Below, in pieces: positions 1-9,779 of a DNA stretch of 64,000 nucleotides. Origin of the DNA: Candidatus Marinacidobacterium sp. (GTDB lineage Bacteria > Acidobacteriota > Vicinamibacteria > Marinacidobacterales > Marinacidobacteraceae); contig OZ244852.1 in assembly GCA_965220965.1 (NCBI GenBank), positions 576,001-640,000 of the forward strand, read 5' to 3'. Both the position numbers and the translations under genes were made by a program. The notes beneath the pieces were generated by a model. That model ran no database searches. It worked only from the letters and a program-made list of their open reading frames with translations, and was not told the origin of the DNA. The stretch's first letter is position 1; each line of letters opens with the position of its first letter.

Positions 1-793
1 CGGTGGCCGAGGCCGAGGTCCAGGCGTTCAGGAGCGCCTCCCGGGTGAGGAACTGGCGCGCCGTCTTCCCTTCGCGGACGAGGTCCATGACCCGTTCGCC
101 GACCTTGCGCGCCACCCCCCGCTTTCTCGGGTCCACCGCCGGGATCTCGTTCCCGACCATCGGCGAAATGCCGAGGAAGGCGGTCGCCACCGACATCGTG
201 TTCGCGGTGAACTGGCCCCCGCACGCCCCGGCGCCGGGGCAGGCGGCCCCTTCGATCTCGCGAAGGTCGGCGTCGCTCATCGTCCCGGCGGCGTGCGCGC
301 CGACCGCCTCGAAGACGTCCTGGATCGTGACCGACTCTCCCCGGAACCGGCCGGACGCGATCGAGCCTCCGTAGAGCATGAGCGAGGGCAGGTCGAGCCG
401 CGCCAGCGCCATGACCGTGCCCGGGATCGTCTTGTCGCAGCCGGAGATCGCTACGACCCCGTCGAACAGGTGCCCCCGGGTCACGAGTTCGATCGAGTCG
501 GCGACGACTTCGCGGGACACCAGCGAAGCTCGCATCCCTGACGACCCCATCGCGATGCCGTCGGTCACCACGACCGTGTTGAACTCGAGGGGAACCCCGC
601 CGGCGGCGCGCACCCCCGCCTTGATCTCCTCGGCGAGGCCCCGGAGGTGGACGTTGCAGGGCGTGATTTCGGTCCAGGTGTTCGCGATCCCGATGAGCGG
701 CTTGCCGAAGTCCTCATCGGTCAGCCCCACCGCGCGCCACATGGCGCGGGCGGGAGCGCGGCTGGGACCGCTCTTGATTTCGTCGCTGCGCAT
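1..793 (-). CDS. ilvD: Dihydroxy-acid dehydratase (5' part; runs off the window edge)
   Basis: Read by hand on the minus strand: MRSDEIKSGPSRAPARAMWRAVGL...IANTWTEITPCNVH...SDGIAMG...SGCDKTIPG; AAGGAG RBS upstream of the ATG at 793. Confidence 0.95.
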   Translation of the reverse strand, partial: MRSDEIKSGPSRAPARAMWRAVGLTDEDFGKPLIGIANTWTEITPCNVHLRGLAEEIKAGVRAAGGVPLEFNTVVVTDGIAMGSSGMRASLVSREVVADSIELVTRGHLFDGVVAISGCDKTIPGTVMALARLDLPSLMLYGGSIASGRFRGESVTIQDVFEAVGAHAAGTMSDADLREIEGAACPGAGACGGQFTANTMSVATAFLGISPMVGNEIPAVDPRKRGVARKVGERVMDLVREGKTARQFLTREALLNAWTSASAT

Positions 794-866
794 CGCCCCG
801 ATCTCCTTGGGCGGCCGGCCTCCTTCCCTCCGGCGGGGCGGCCGCGCGCCGCTACTCTCTCACGGA

Positions 867-1805
867 GTGTCCGGCGTCGAACCGCCTGCGGAGGGCCGGC
901 CCCGGTTCCTGGTATTCGGCGCCGGCGCCACCGGGAGCGTCTTCGCCGCCCGGCTCGCCGCCCGTCATCCGGTCGCGGTCGTGGCGCGGGGCGCGCGTCT
1001 CGAGCGGATCCGCGCCGAGGGTCTACGCGTCGAGGGAGCGACCGAGGCGGCCGTCCGGCTCCCGGCGGAGCCGTCGCCCGCGGCGCTGTCCGGCTTCCGG
1101 CCCGACTTCGTGCTGGTGAGCGTCAAGGCCGGAGACACCGACGCGGCGGCCGCCTCGCTGGCGCCGCTGGGACGCGCTCCGGTCCGGGTTTCGCTCCAGA
1201 ACGGGCTCGGGAACGAGGAGGCCCTCGCCGAGGGCGGCCATCCGGTGATCGGGGCCGTTTCGAACAATGGCGCGACGCTCCGCGCGGACGGCGCGGTGTT
1301 CCACGCCGGTTTCGGCGAGGTCATCCTGGGCGCATTCGCCGGAAGCTCGCAGAGCGCAGCGGAACGGTTGGCGGCCTGCCTGTCGGATGCCGGATTCCCG
1401 GTCCGGCGCGTCGAGGAGGTTCGGAACGCCCTCTGGGACAAGGCGCTCCTGAACGCGGCGGCGAACCCGGTGACCGCGCTGCTCGGGTTGCGGACCGGTC
1501 AACTCCTGGAGCGGCCCGGGGTCTGGACCGTCGTGCGCCGGGTCGTGGCGGAGGGCGTCGCGGTGGCCCGCGCCGAGGGAATCCCCGCCACCGAAGCCGA
1601 GGTCCTCGAACGGATCCGGTCGGTGGCGCGCGCCACCGCGGAGAACCGCTCGAGCATGCTGCAGGACCTCGAGCGCGGCGCCCGGACCGAGATCGAGGCG
1701 ATCACCGGCGTGATCGTGGCCCGCGCCGCCGCCCACGGGCTGCCCGCGCCCTGGAACCGGCTCATGCTCCGGCTGGTCCGCGCCCGCGAGCGCGGCGCAA
1801 CCTGA
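867..1805 (+). CDS. panE: 2-dehydropantoate 2-reductase (ketopantoate reductase)
   Basis: C-terminal part of ORF 378-1805: GAGATG Rossmann motif, SLQNGLG, WDKALLNAAANP, SSMLQD...RTEIEAITG; GTG start at 867 is inferred. Confidence 0.9.
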   Translation: MSGVEPPAEGRPRFLVFGAGATGSVFAARLAARHPVAVVARGARLERIRAEGLRVEGATEAAVRLPAEPSPAALSGFRPDFVLVSVKAGDTDAAAASLAPLGRAPVRVSLQNGLGNEEALAEGGHPVIGAVSNNGATLRADGAVFHAGFGEVILGAFAGSSQSAAERLAACLSDAGFPVRRVEEVRNALWDKALLNAAANPVTALLGLRTGQLLERPGVWTVVRRVVAEGVAVARAEGIPATEAEVLERIRSVARATAENRSSMLQDLERGARTEIEAITGVIVARAAAHGLPAPWNRLMLRLVRARERGAT

Positions 1806-1847
1806 GGGGCTCCCGCCCGGGAGGGATCGGGCCGGAGCCGGCGGAAG

Positions 1848-2195
1848 TCAGGCGTCCGGATGCGCCGGGACGCCCGTCTCATGGGAGAGCCGGGGCGTCA
1901 CCGACCTGGTGATTTCCTTTCCGTTCGCGGCCTCCGCCTGACGCAGCTCCCACGTCTTCTGGAGGTTGAGCCACAACTGCGGCGTCGTCCCGAAGTACCG
2001 CGCCAGCCGGAGCGCGGTGTCCGCGCTCACGCCCCGCCGGCCGTTCAGGATGCCGGTCACCCGATTCGCCGGAACGTCCAGCGCCCGCGCCAACCCGTTC
2101 GCCGAGAGCTGGAGTTCATTCAGTTCGTCCCGCAGGATTTCTCCGGGATGGACCGCTCTCATGCCATGGCCCGGCTTCATGACTCTTGCCCTCAT
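1848..2195 (-). CDS. higA: HigA-family addiction-module antitoxin (HTH-XRE)
   Basis: VHPGEILRDEL...LARALDVPANRVTGILNGRRGVSADTALRLARYFGTTPQLWLNLQKTWEL is the typical HigA/VapI signature; alternative start at 2162. Confidence 0.9.
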   Translation of the reverse strand: MRARVMKPGHGMRAVHPGEILRDELNELQLSANGLARALDVPANRVTGILNGRRGVSADTALRLARYFGTTPQLWLNLQKTWELRQAEAANGKEITRSVTPRLSHETGVPAHPDA

Positions 2196-2242
2196 GTTTC
2201 CGCCGGCGCGAGGGTAGCGCCGCCTGACCCGGGAGCGCTCCG

Positions 2243-2809
2243 TCAGCGAGGGGGACGGGGGCGCGCCGGCCTTCCCAGGGACAGGACCTCGTATTCCGGC
2301 TCGACCTCGTCGTAGTCGACCCATTTGGGGCTGTTCATGCCCCGGGGGAGGAGTTCCCGCAGCCGCTTCTTCAGGGCTTCCGGCGCAAGCGGCGCCGCCT
2401 GATAGATAATGAGCCCGATGGCGTAGAAGACGGCGAGATCGAGGAAAAAATTGAGGATCCCCTCGCCCAGCGCTTCCGCAGTCCTCGGGCCCAGGGGCTC
2501 CCCGCCCCTGCCGGAACTCAGGTACCCAAATCCCAACCCGGGACCCGGCAGGAGAGTGGACACCAGCGTCGACTTGTTCGGGGTGCGTTCGTAGAGGCCG
2601 ATGGCGCCGATGGAAAAGAAGAGCCCCATCGCCAGGCCTCGCTCCGGGTCCAGCAGCCCCCAGGGAAACGCGAAGAGCACCATCGCCCAGAGGGCGTAGA
2701 AGGACACCGGGTCGCGTCCCTTCAGGAAGGTGGAGATCGCGGACCAGGGGCTCTTTTCGCCCTTGCCGGGAGCGGCGCGTTCCGGCCATCCTCCGGACTC
2801 CGGCTTCAC
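2243..2809 (-). CDS. Hypothetical membrane protein (about 3 hydrophobic segments)
   Basis: Open frame with hydrophobic stretches (FYALWAMVLFAFPWG, LAMGLFFSIGAIGL, ILNFFLDLAVFYAIGLIIY); GTG start overlaps the upstream gene's stop (GTGA); locally more AT-rich. Confidence 0.65.
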   Translation of the reverse strand: MKPESGGWPERAAPGKGEKSPWSAISTFLKGRDPVSFYALWAMVLFAFPWGLLDPERGLAMGLFFSIGAIGLYERTPNKSTLVSTLLPGPGLGFGYLSSGRGGEPLGPRTAEALGEGILNFFLDLAVFYAIGLIIYQAAPLAPEALKKRLRELLPRGMNSPKWVDYDEVEPEYEVLSLGRPARPRPPR

Positions 2810-3678
2810 GAGGCGGTCGCCTCCGGTCCCCGGCCGACCGGACGGGAGGGATCGGCGCACCACTCGGACCAGGAGCCCGAATACACCGCGACCCCCGTCG
2901 CTCCGGCCAGCTCGAGCGCCAGCGCGTTGTGCGCCGCGGTGAGGCCCGATCCGCAGTAGCAGACGACCGGTCGTCCGCGCCTCCCGGCGAGCGCCGGCCC
3001 GAGCCGCTCCTTCAGCTCCCCGGGCGTCAGGAAGCGGCCTCCGTCCCCCAGGTTCCCGCGCCAGAGGTGGTTCCGGGCGCCGGGGATCCGTCCGGCGACC
3101 GGATCGATCGGCTCCTGCTCGCCGCGAAAGCGCTCGGGTTCGCGCGCGTCGAGGAGCACATGCCGCCGGTCCGCGAGTCCCGTCTCGACCTCCTTCACGC
3201 CGATCGCCATCCCGGCCACTGGTTGCGCGACGAACCGCGCCGGCGCCCGCTTCACCTCACCCGGAACGAGCGATCCGCCAGCTTCCGTCCACGCGGAAAG
3301 CCCGCCGTCGAGGACCGCCGCCCCCCGGTGGCCGAGATAGCGGAGCGACCACCAGAGACGGGCGGCGAACATCGCCGAGGCGTCATCACAGGCCACGACG
3401 CGGGTTCCGGCACCGATTCCCAGCCGGCCGAAGACTTCGGCGAGACGCTCGGGCGAGGGCAGGGGATGGCGGCCATTCGTCCCGGTCTTCGGCGCCGAGA
3501 GGTCCGTGTCGGTGTCGGCGAAGACCGCCCCGGGAATGTGTCCTTCGAGGTAGCGCGCGCGACCCCACGCCGGGTCCATCAGGTTGCACCGGACATCCAC
3601 CACGAGGAGGTCGGGGTCGGCCCCCAGCCGGTCCAGCAGCCACCCGGCCGACACCAGGGGGCCGAAGGCCGCAGGCAT
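2806..3678 (-). CDS. sseA: Tandem-rhodanese sulfurtransferase (3-mercaptopyruvate/thiosulfate sulfurtransferase family)
   Basis: GHIPGA, GRHPLP, ARLWW, LDGG, LLDAR..RFRG, active-site YCGSG, YSGSWSEW. Confidence 0.88.
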   Translation of the reverse strand: MPAAFGPLVSAGWLLDRLGADPDLLVVDVRCNLMDPAWGRARYLEGHIPGAVFADTDTDLSAPKTGTNGRHPLPSPERLAEVFGRLGIGAGTRVVACDDASAMFAARLWWSLRYLGHRGAAVLDGGLSAWTEAGGSLVPGEVKRAPARFVAQPVAGMAIGVKEVETGLADRRHVLLDAREPERFRGEQEPIDPVAGRIPGARNHLWRGNLGDGGRFLTPGELKERLGPALAGRRGRPVVCYCGSGLTAAHNALALELAGATGVAVYSGSWSEWCADPSRPVGRGPEATAS

Positions 3679-3709
3679 GGGCGCGAAAGGACCGGAGCCG
3701 CGCGGCGCC

Positions 3710-5782
3710 TCAGTTGTCGTCGGTGGTCTCGCCGGGCTCCCGGAGGCGGACCGCCCACAGGCCGCTGTTGAAGTCGGCGAGGAAGATCGTTCCCTTGTGG
3801 GGTTGGGGACCCCAGGTGAAGGCGGCGTTCGCAAGGAAGCCCTCGTTGTCCTCCGGGAAGAACCGGGCGATCTCCCGGTCCTGCCGGTAGAGGTCCCCGA
3901 GGAGTTCGCCGGAGACATCCACGATCCGGAGCCCGGCGTCGAAGTAGCCCACGTACATGATCTCCTCCTCCCAGTCGACCCACAGGTTGTGCGGTCCGGA
4001 GTCGGGAAGCTGGAAGCGGGCCACTTCCTCCGGGTTCGCCGGGTCGGTGAAGTCCACGAAGTGGAGCCACCCCTTGGCGCGCGAGGGAATCCCCTCCCTC
4101 CAGAGGATTCCGCCGCCGTCGGGCCGCCTCGGGCTCAGGTGGAAGGCCTCGTCCCCGCCGATGACGTAGAGCTTGCCGGTGGAGGGGCTCCGGAACGGCC
4201 ACACCGCGTGGTTCCAGCCGGTGATCTGCGGGAATCGCCCCATCTCCACCGGGGTGTTCGGGCTGCCGCCCATGCCGCCGCCTCCCACGTCCACCAGGAT
4301 GAGCCCGTCGGTCCGGCCCGCCTGGTAGGCGATCCCGTCCCGAACCCACACGTCGTGGACCGAGCGCCCCGGCGTCTCCGTCTCGTAGCGCGACACCCGG
4401 AACGGGTTCCGGGGATCCTCGACGTTCACCACGTCCCAGCGGCGGCCGTTGTTGACCGCGTAGACGTGGTTGTTGTCGAGGAACACGTTGTGGACGCCGC
4501 CGGTCAGCCCCTGGTCGAAGGCCGACAGGATCTCGACGTTCCTCGGATCGGTGCAGTCCAGCAGCACGAAGCCGTTGCGCCGGTTCGAGGCGCCCTCGCG
4601 GCTGATCACGCACACCGTTCCATCCTCGGACACCTTGACGTCGTTCACCGTCCGGGCGTCCACCTGGACCGTGTCGATCAGCTCCATGTTGCGCGGGTCG
4701 GTCACGTCGTAGAAGTAGGCGTGTCCCTCGGCGTTCCAGGTTCCGTGGACCGCGTAGTCGCGCCCGTCCACGCCCTCCCAGACCCAGAAGTCGGCGGTCA
4801 CGCGGTCGGACACCCGCGCCTGCCCGAGGAACTCGATCTCCCGCTTCACGTTCCGCGGGACGACGCGGACGCTCTGTCGCGCCAGCCGGTCGCCGCTCAT
4901 CGCGACCACGGTGTAGACGCCCGGCTGCTCCGCCACGAACCTTCCGTCGGCCATCACCTGCGCCGGCGCGCCGGCGCCCAGCGACTCGGGACGGAACGGA
5001 TCCGGGCGTGACTCGACCGCGAACCGGACCGCCGGCCCCTCGATCTCGTTGCCAGCCTGATCCACCGTCGAGGCGCGGAAGCGCACCACGTCGCCGACCC
5101 GGACTTCGGACGCTTCCGGCGCCTCGAGGACGACCTCGGCCGTCGGGTTCGGCAGCACCTGGACGTCGTGGTAGATCGTCATCTCCCCGCTCATCGCGGC
5201 GACCTGGACCGTCCCCTCCTGGAGGAACGACACGAGCCCGAAGTCATCCACCTGCGCGATGCTCGCGTCGCTCGTTCCGTAGCCGGCGTCGATCCCGTGA
5301 AGCACCTCGCCAGCCGAGTCGCGCCCGGCGAGGGAGAAGCGCACTTCGGTGCCGGCCCACGCCCGCCACGGCGGGTCCTCGAAGAAGATGTGGGTCATCG
5401 GCGCCGCGAGGACCGTCACCGTCATCTCGGCCCGGATTCCGGGAGCGGACCGGCTGTAGCTGTCCGGGTCCCCTTCGAACGCCTGATCGGGCAGCAGCGC
5501 GGTCACCGGATGTTCCCCGGGCCGGTTGGCCGTCACGAACCCGGCGGGGGTCACGGTGAGCGCCATCCGGTTGCCGGAGAAGAACACGACCTGCGCCCCT
5601 TCCACCGGGTTCCCGGCCGCATCCGCCACCGTCGCGCGCAACTGGCCGGTCTCCCCGACTTCCAGCTCGAGCGACGCCGGCTCGATCGTGATGGACGGCG
5701 CGTCTGGCGCCTGCGCCGCGGCGGCGCCGAGCGCCAGCAGGAGACTTCCGGTCAGAAGCGCGAGTACACGGGAACGGGACAT
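3710..5782 (-). CDS. Secreted protein with N-terminal Ig-like (Big_2) domains and C-terminal LVIVD-repeat beta-propeller
   Basis: Signal peptide; ITIEPASLELEVGETGQLRATV Ig-like repeats; repeated xDxTDPxNP / GLILVDV / GLRIVDVS motifs; GAGGAGG RBS. Confidence 0.8.
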   Translation of the reverse strand: MSRSRVLALLTGSLLLALGAAAAQAPDAPSITIEPASLELEVGETGQLRATVADAAGNPVEGAQVVFFSGNRMALTVTPAGFVTANRPGEHPVTALLPDQAFEGDPDSYSRSAPGIRAEMTVTVLAAPMTHIFFEDPPWRAWAGTEVRFSLAGRDSAGEVLHGIDAGYGTSDASIAQVDDFGLVSFLQEGTVQVAAMSGEMTIYHDVQVLPNPTAEVVLEAPEASEVRVGDVVRFRASTVDQAGNEIEGPAVRFAVESRPDPFRPESLGAGAPAQVMADGRFVAEQPGVYTVVAMSGDRLARQSVRVVPRNVKREIEFLGQARVSDRVTADFWVWEGVDGRDYAVHGTWNAEGHAYFYDVTDPRNMELIDTVQVDARTVNDVKVSEDGTVCVISREGASNRRNGFVLLDCTDPRNVEILSAFDQGLTGGVHNVFLDNNHVYAVNNGRRWDVVNVEDPRNPFRVSRYETETPGRSVHDVWVRDGIAYQAGRTDGLILVDVGGGGMGGSPNTPVEMGRFPQITGWNHAVWPFRSPSTGKLYVIGGDEAFHLSPRRPDGGGILWREGIPSRAKGWLHFVDFTDPANPEEVARFQLPDSGPHNLWVDWEEEIMYVGYFDAGLRIVDVSGELLGDLYRQDREIARFFPEDNEGFLANAAFTWGPQPHKGTIFLADFNSGLWAVRLREPGETTDDN

Positions 5783-5805
5783 GGGCGGGCCTCCTCGTCT
5801 GTGCG

Positions 5806-5814
5806 AAATTAGCA
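5806..5814 (-). promoter_or_regulatory. Extended -10 element TGCTAATTT for the LVIVD gene
   Basis: TG-n-TAnnnT match about 25 nt upstream of the ATG at 5782; TA is rare in this DNA. Confidence 0.5.
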
Positions 5815-5893
5815 GGGCGGCGCGCCGCCCTCCGACTCCCGTAGGATTCCCGTTCCAGGATTCCCCCCAGGACTCCCCTCGCCGCCCCCGAAC

Positions 5894-8521
5894 ATGACGC
5901 TCGAATCGCTCTGGCCGCTCGCGCTGCTCCCGCTTCTGGCCCTCATCGTGGTGGCCGGGCTGCGTTCCGATCTGCGCTGGCCCACCGTCCGCCTCCGGGC
6001 CTCACTGATCCTGCGGCTGCTCGCCGCCGGACTGCTGCTCGCCGCGCTCTGCCGCCCGGTGATCAGCCCCGGCTCCCGCGAGGTCTCGGTGGCCTTCCTG
6101 GTGGATGTGTCCCGCAGCGTCGCGGGTTCCTCGATCCAGGACGCCGTCGAATGGTCGCGGGACACCGCCCGCTCGCTCGGCGCGGCGGACGCCCACTTCG
6201 TCGCCTTCGGGGACCGACCGGTCCCGGTGGAGACCGCGGATGAACTCCTCGGAGTCCAGGTCTTCGACGGTTTCGATTCGGCCGGGCGTCCACCCGACGG
6301 CGCGATCGATCAGGGACGGACGAACATCGAAGCGGCGCTTCGCCACGCCGCCACGCTCTTCCCGCCCGACCGGCTGAAGCGCATCGTCCTCTTCAGCGAC
6401 GGCAGGGAGACCGAGGGCGAGAGCGCGGCGGTCGTCTCGCAGCTCCGGGAAGCCGGCATCCGGGTGTTTCCCGCGCCGTCCGCCGTCCGGAGCGATGGCG
6501 GCGGTTTCGTCTCGGCGCTTCGGCTCTCCGAGTCGCTTCGCGCCGGGGAGATGACCCTCGTCGAGGTGGATGTCTTCTCGGCGTCGGGCGGGGCGGCCGA
6601 TGTCCGGATCCTCGCCGGACCGGCGGATCAGCCGGCGAGCGAGCGGGAAGTCCTGGCGGCGGTGGAGGTGGATCTCCCGACGGGACTCTCGACGGTCCCG
6701 GTTCCGGTGCGCCTCGAGGACGAGGGGATGACCGTCGTCGAGGCGGAGGTCTCGGTCGCCGGCGACCAGCTCGCCGGGAACGACCGCCGGGCCGCCTCCG
6801 TCCCGGTGGGACCGCGGGCGGGCGTCCTTTACGTGGAGGGTCGACCGGAGAGCGCTTCCTACCTGCGGAACGCCCTCGAGTCGGAGGGGGTTGCGGTGCG
6901 CACCGCGCCGCCGCCGGCGCTCGGCCTTCTCGACCTGAACGAGTGGGATGCGGTGGTTCTGAGCGACGTCCCGCCGGAGCGCATTCCCGAGTCCACCATG
7001 CAGCGGATCGCCACTTACGTCCGGGACGACGGAGGGGGCCTGGTGTTCACGGCGGGCGAGTCCAGCTACGGCGAGGACGGGTACTCCGACTCGGTTCTCG
7101 AGGAGGCGCTGCCGGTCGATTTCCAGATCGAGGAGAAGTGGAAGGACCTGTCGCTCCTCATCGTGCTCGACAAGTCCTACAGCATGTACGGCCGCAAGAT
7201 CGCGCTCGCCAAGGAGGCCACCAAGGCGGCGCTCGACCTGCTCGAGGACACCCACCGGTTCGGCGTCGTCACCTTCGACTGGAACCCCTACACCACGATT
7301 CCGCTCCAGATCGTGTCGGACCGGGAGTGGATCAAGGAGGGGATCAGCCGGATCCAGGCCAGCGCCCAGACGAACATCTACCCGGCGCTCGACCGGGCTT
7401 ACGAGCAGCTCCTCGAGAGCCCCTCGAAGGTCAAGCACGTGATCCTGCTCTCCGACGGGAAGACCTATCCGGACGACTACGAGGATCTGGTCACCCGGAT
7501 GGAGGAGGACGAGATCACGATCTCGACGGTCGCGGTGGGTGAGGAGGCCGACCGCGAACTCCTCTCCGACATCGCCGACTGGGGTTCGGGCCGAAGCTAC
7601 TTCATCCGGGACGCGGCCCGGGTCCAGCAGATCTTCGTCGAGGAGACCCAGATCGCCCTCGACGCCACGCTCGTCGAGGAGCCGTTCCACCCGGTGGTCC
7701 GCCAGCGGGCCCGCGTCCTCGACGGGCTGGACTTCGACAACGCCCCCGAGCTCAAGGGGTTCGTCGCGACCATGGCGAAAGACACCGCCGAAGTCCTGCT
7801 GGAGGGTCCGGACGAGGAGCCGCTTCTCGCGCGCTGGCAGTATGGCCTCGGCCGGGTCGCGATGTTCACCTCGGACAGCAAGAACCGCTGGGCGGCGGAC
7901 TGGGTGGAGTGGGACGGCTACGGCAAGTTCTGGGCGCAGGTGGTCCGCGATTCCATGCGGCGCGGTTCGGGCGCCGATGTGGAGTTCGCGGTGGACCGGC
8001 GCGGGAGCTCCGCCGACGTCACGCTGTCGCTCATCGGCGAGGACGGCGCCTACCCCACCGGGGTGGCGCCCGAGCTCGAGGTGCGCTACGCCGGTCTCGT
8101 CGGCCGGACTGCCGTGCGTCAGACCGGGCCGGGTCGTTTCGAGGCCGAGGTGCCGCTGGATCTGCCGCCGGGAAGCGCCGCCGAGTTCCGGATCCTCGCG
8201 GACTCGCTCCCGGACGAGCTGACGGGCGGCGCGGACCTCGAGCGGGCCATCCACCTGAGTTACCCCGACGAGTACCGGTTCCTCCCTCCCGACGAGGAGG
8301 CGATGGCGCGTCTCGCCGCCGAGACCGGCGGGGTGGTGGCGCCCACCCGGGCCCAGGTCCTGGCGGCCGGAACCGACCGGGCGGTTCTCTCGCGGCCGCT
8401 GTGGCCGCTGCTGGCGCTCCTCGCGCTCATCGCCTACCTGCTCGATCTGTCGGTCCGGCGCACTCCCTGGATCTGGAGCCGTCTGGGCCGCCTGGTTCGC
8501 TCCCGCCTCCAGACCGCCTGA
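5894..8521 (+). CDS. Membrane-anchored protein with two VWA domains and a class-I glutamine-amidotransferase-like domain
   Basis: Two MIDAS motifs (LVDVSRS, VLDKSYS), SDG motifs, DAVVLSDVP...GGGLVFTAG, WQYGLGR...W; N- and C-terminal TM helices. Confidence 0.8.
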   Translation: MTLESLWPLALLPLLALIVVAGLRSDLRWPTVRLRASLILRLLAAGLLLAALCRPVISPGSREVSVAFLVDVSRSVAGSSIQDAVEWSRDTARSLGAADAHFVAFGDRPVPVETADELLGVQVFDGFDSAGRPPDGAIDQGRTNIEAALRHAATLFPPDRLKRIVLFSDGRETEGESAAVVSQLREAGIRVFPAPSAVRSDGGGFVSALRLSESLRAGEMTLVEVDVFSASGGAADVRILAGPADQPASEREVLAAVEVDLPTGLSTVPVPVRLEDEGMTVVEAEVSVAGDQLAGNDRRAASVPVGPRAGVLYVEGRPESASYLRNALESEGVAVRTAPPPALGLLDLNEWDAVVLSDVPPERIPESTMQRIATYVRDDGGGLVFTAGESSYGEDGYSDSVLEEALPVDFQIEEKWKDLSLLIVLDKSYSMYGRKIALAKEATKAALDLLEDTHRFGVVTFDWNPYTTIPLQIVSDREWIKEGISRIQASAQTNIYPALDRAYEQLLESPSKVKHVILLSDGKTYPDDYEDLVTRMEEDEITISTVAVGEEADRELLSDIADWGSGRSYFIRDAARVQQIFVEETQIALDATLVEEPFHPVVRQRARVLDGLDFDNAPELKGFVATMAKDTAEVLLEGPDEEPLLARWQYGLGRVAMFTSDSKNRWAADWVEWDGYGKFWAQVVRDSMRRGSGADVEFAVDRRGSSADVTLSLIGEDGAYPTGVAPELEVRYAGLVGRTAVRQTGPGRFEAEVPLDLPPGSAAEFRILADSLPDELTGGADLERAIHLSYPDEYRFLPPDEEAMARLAAETGGVVAPTRAQVLAAGTDRAVLSRPLWPLLALLALIAYLLDLSVRRTPWIWSRLGRLVRSRLQTA

Positions 8522-8540
8522 GGGCGGCGGCGCTGGTGTC

Positions 8541-9740
8541 TCAGCGCCAGGCGGGGAAGCCGGAAGCGATCGTGAGGAGCTGGATGTTCTCCGTCCCTTC
8601 GTAGATCGTCCCGGCCTTGGCGTCCCGCCACAGCTTCTCGGCGAGGCAGTCCGTCGTGTAGCCGACGCCGCCGTGGATCTCGATCCCGAGCGACGTCACT
8701 CTCTCCGCCATCCGCTGGGCGGTCAGCTTGGCGATCGCCGCCGCGTGGCGCAGGTCATGCCCGTCGTCCGCGAGGCGCGCGGCGTTCCAGGTGGCGAGCC
8801 GGGCGGTCTCGACCGCCGCCGCGGCGTCAGCGAGCGCGAACGCGACCCCCTGGCGCTTCCGGATCGCCTTGCCGAACGTCTCCCGCTCCGCCGCGTAGGC
8901 GGCGGCCAGGTCGAGCGCCGCCTGCCCGATGCCCACGAGCTGCGCCGCGATCCCGATCCGCCCTTCATTCAGGAGCGCCATCGCCAGGCGGCGGCCGCTT
9001 CCGGCCTCGCCCACTACATCGCCGTCGGGAACGAACGCATCCTTCAGGAAGACCGGCGTCGTGCTGGACGCCTTGAGTCCGACCTTCTTCTCGGGCGGCC
9101 CGATATCGACTCCCGGGTTCTCCCGTTCGACGAGGAACGTCGTGATCCCGGCGTCGTCCACCCGGGCGAAGATCAGGAACAGACCCGCCTCCCGACCCCC
9201 GGACACCCAGGCCTTCGAGCCGTTCAGCAGGTAGCCCCCGGAGACCCGCCGGGCGCCGGTGCGAAGAGCGAACGCGTCGCTCCCGGCGTGCGCCTCCGAG
9301 AGCGAGAACGCCCCGATCCTCCCTTCGGCGAGCCCGGGCAGGAAACGGGAACGCTGGTCCGCCGAGCCGAATCGGCTCACCGCCGCCGCGATCAGCGTGT
9401 TGTGGACATCCACCAGCAGCGCCACCGACCCGTCGGCGCGCGCCAGCGACTCCACGGTGAGCGCGACGTCGAAGACCCCCATGCCGAGGCCCCCGAATTC
9501 CTCCGGGATCGCCACGCCGAAGAAGCCTGACTCCGTCAGCTTCCGGAGCACATCGGGCGGGATCGCTCCCGCTTCCTCCATCTCCCGGGAGCGCGGCGCC
9601 AGCTCGCTCTGCGCGAACTCGTGAACCGAGGCCAGGTGGAGCCGCTCGTCGGCCCCGAGGACGCTCAGGGGGTTCGTCCCGTCGCGCTTCGGGAGCGCGG
9701 CGGAGGAGGCGGAGGGGTTGTCGAAGACCTGGACAGACAC
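8541..9740 (-). CDS. Acyl-CoA dehydrogenase (short/branched-chain type)
   Basis: FSLSEAHAGSDA, LNGSKAWVS, LNEGRIGIAAQ, IHGGVGY, IYEGTENIQ. Confidence 0.92.
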   Translation of the reverse strand: MSVQVFDNPSASSAALPKRDGTNPLSVLGADERLHLASVHEFAQSELAPRSREMEEAGAIPPDVLRKLTESGFFGVAIPEEFGGLGMGVFDVALTVESLARADGSVALLVDVHNTLIAAAVSRFGSADQRSRFLPGLAEGRIGAFSLSEAHAGSDAFALRTGARRVSGGYLLNGSKAWVSGGREAGLFLIFARVDDAGITTFLVERENPGVDIGPPEKKVGLKASSTTPVFLKDAFVPDGDVVGEAGSGRRLAMALLNEGRIGIAAQLVGIGQAALDLAAAYAAERETFGKAIRKRQGVAFALADAAAAVETARLATWNAARLADDGHDLRHAAAIAKLTAQRMAERVTSLGIEIHGGVGYTTDCLAEKLWRDAKAGTIYEGTENIQLLTIASGFPAWR

Positions 9741-9779
9741 GGCGGAGCGGAGCGGCTCGGACGGACCCTCAGCGAGGGC

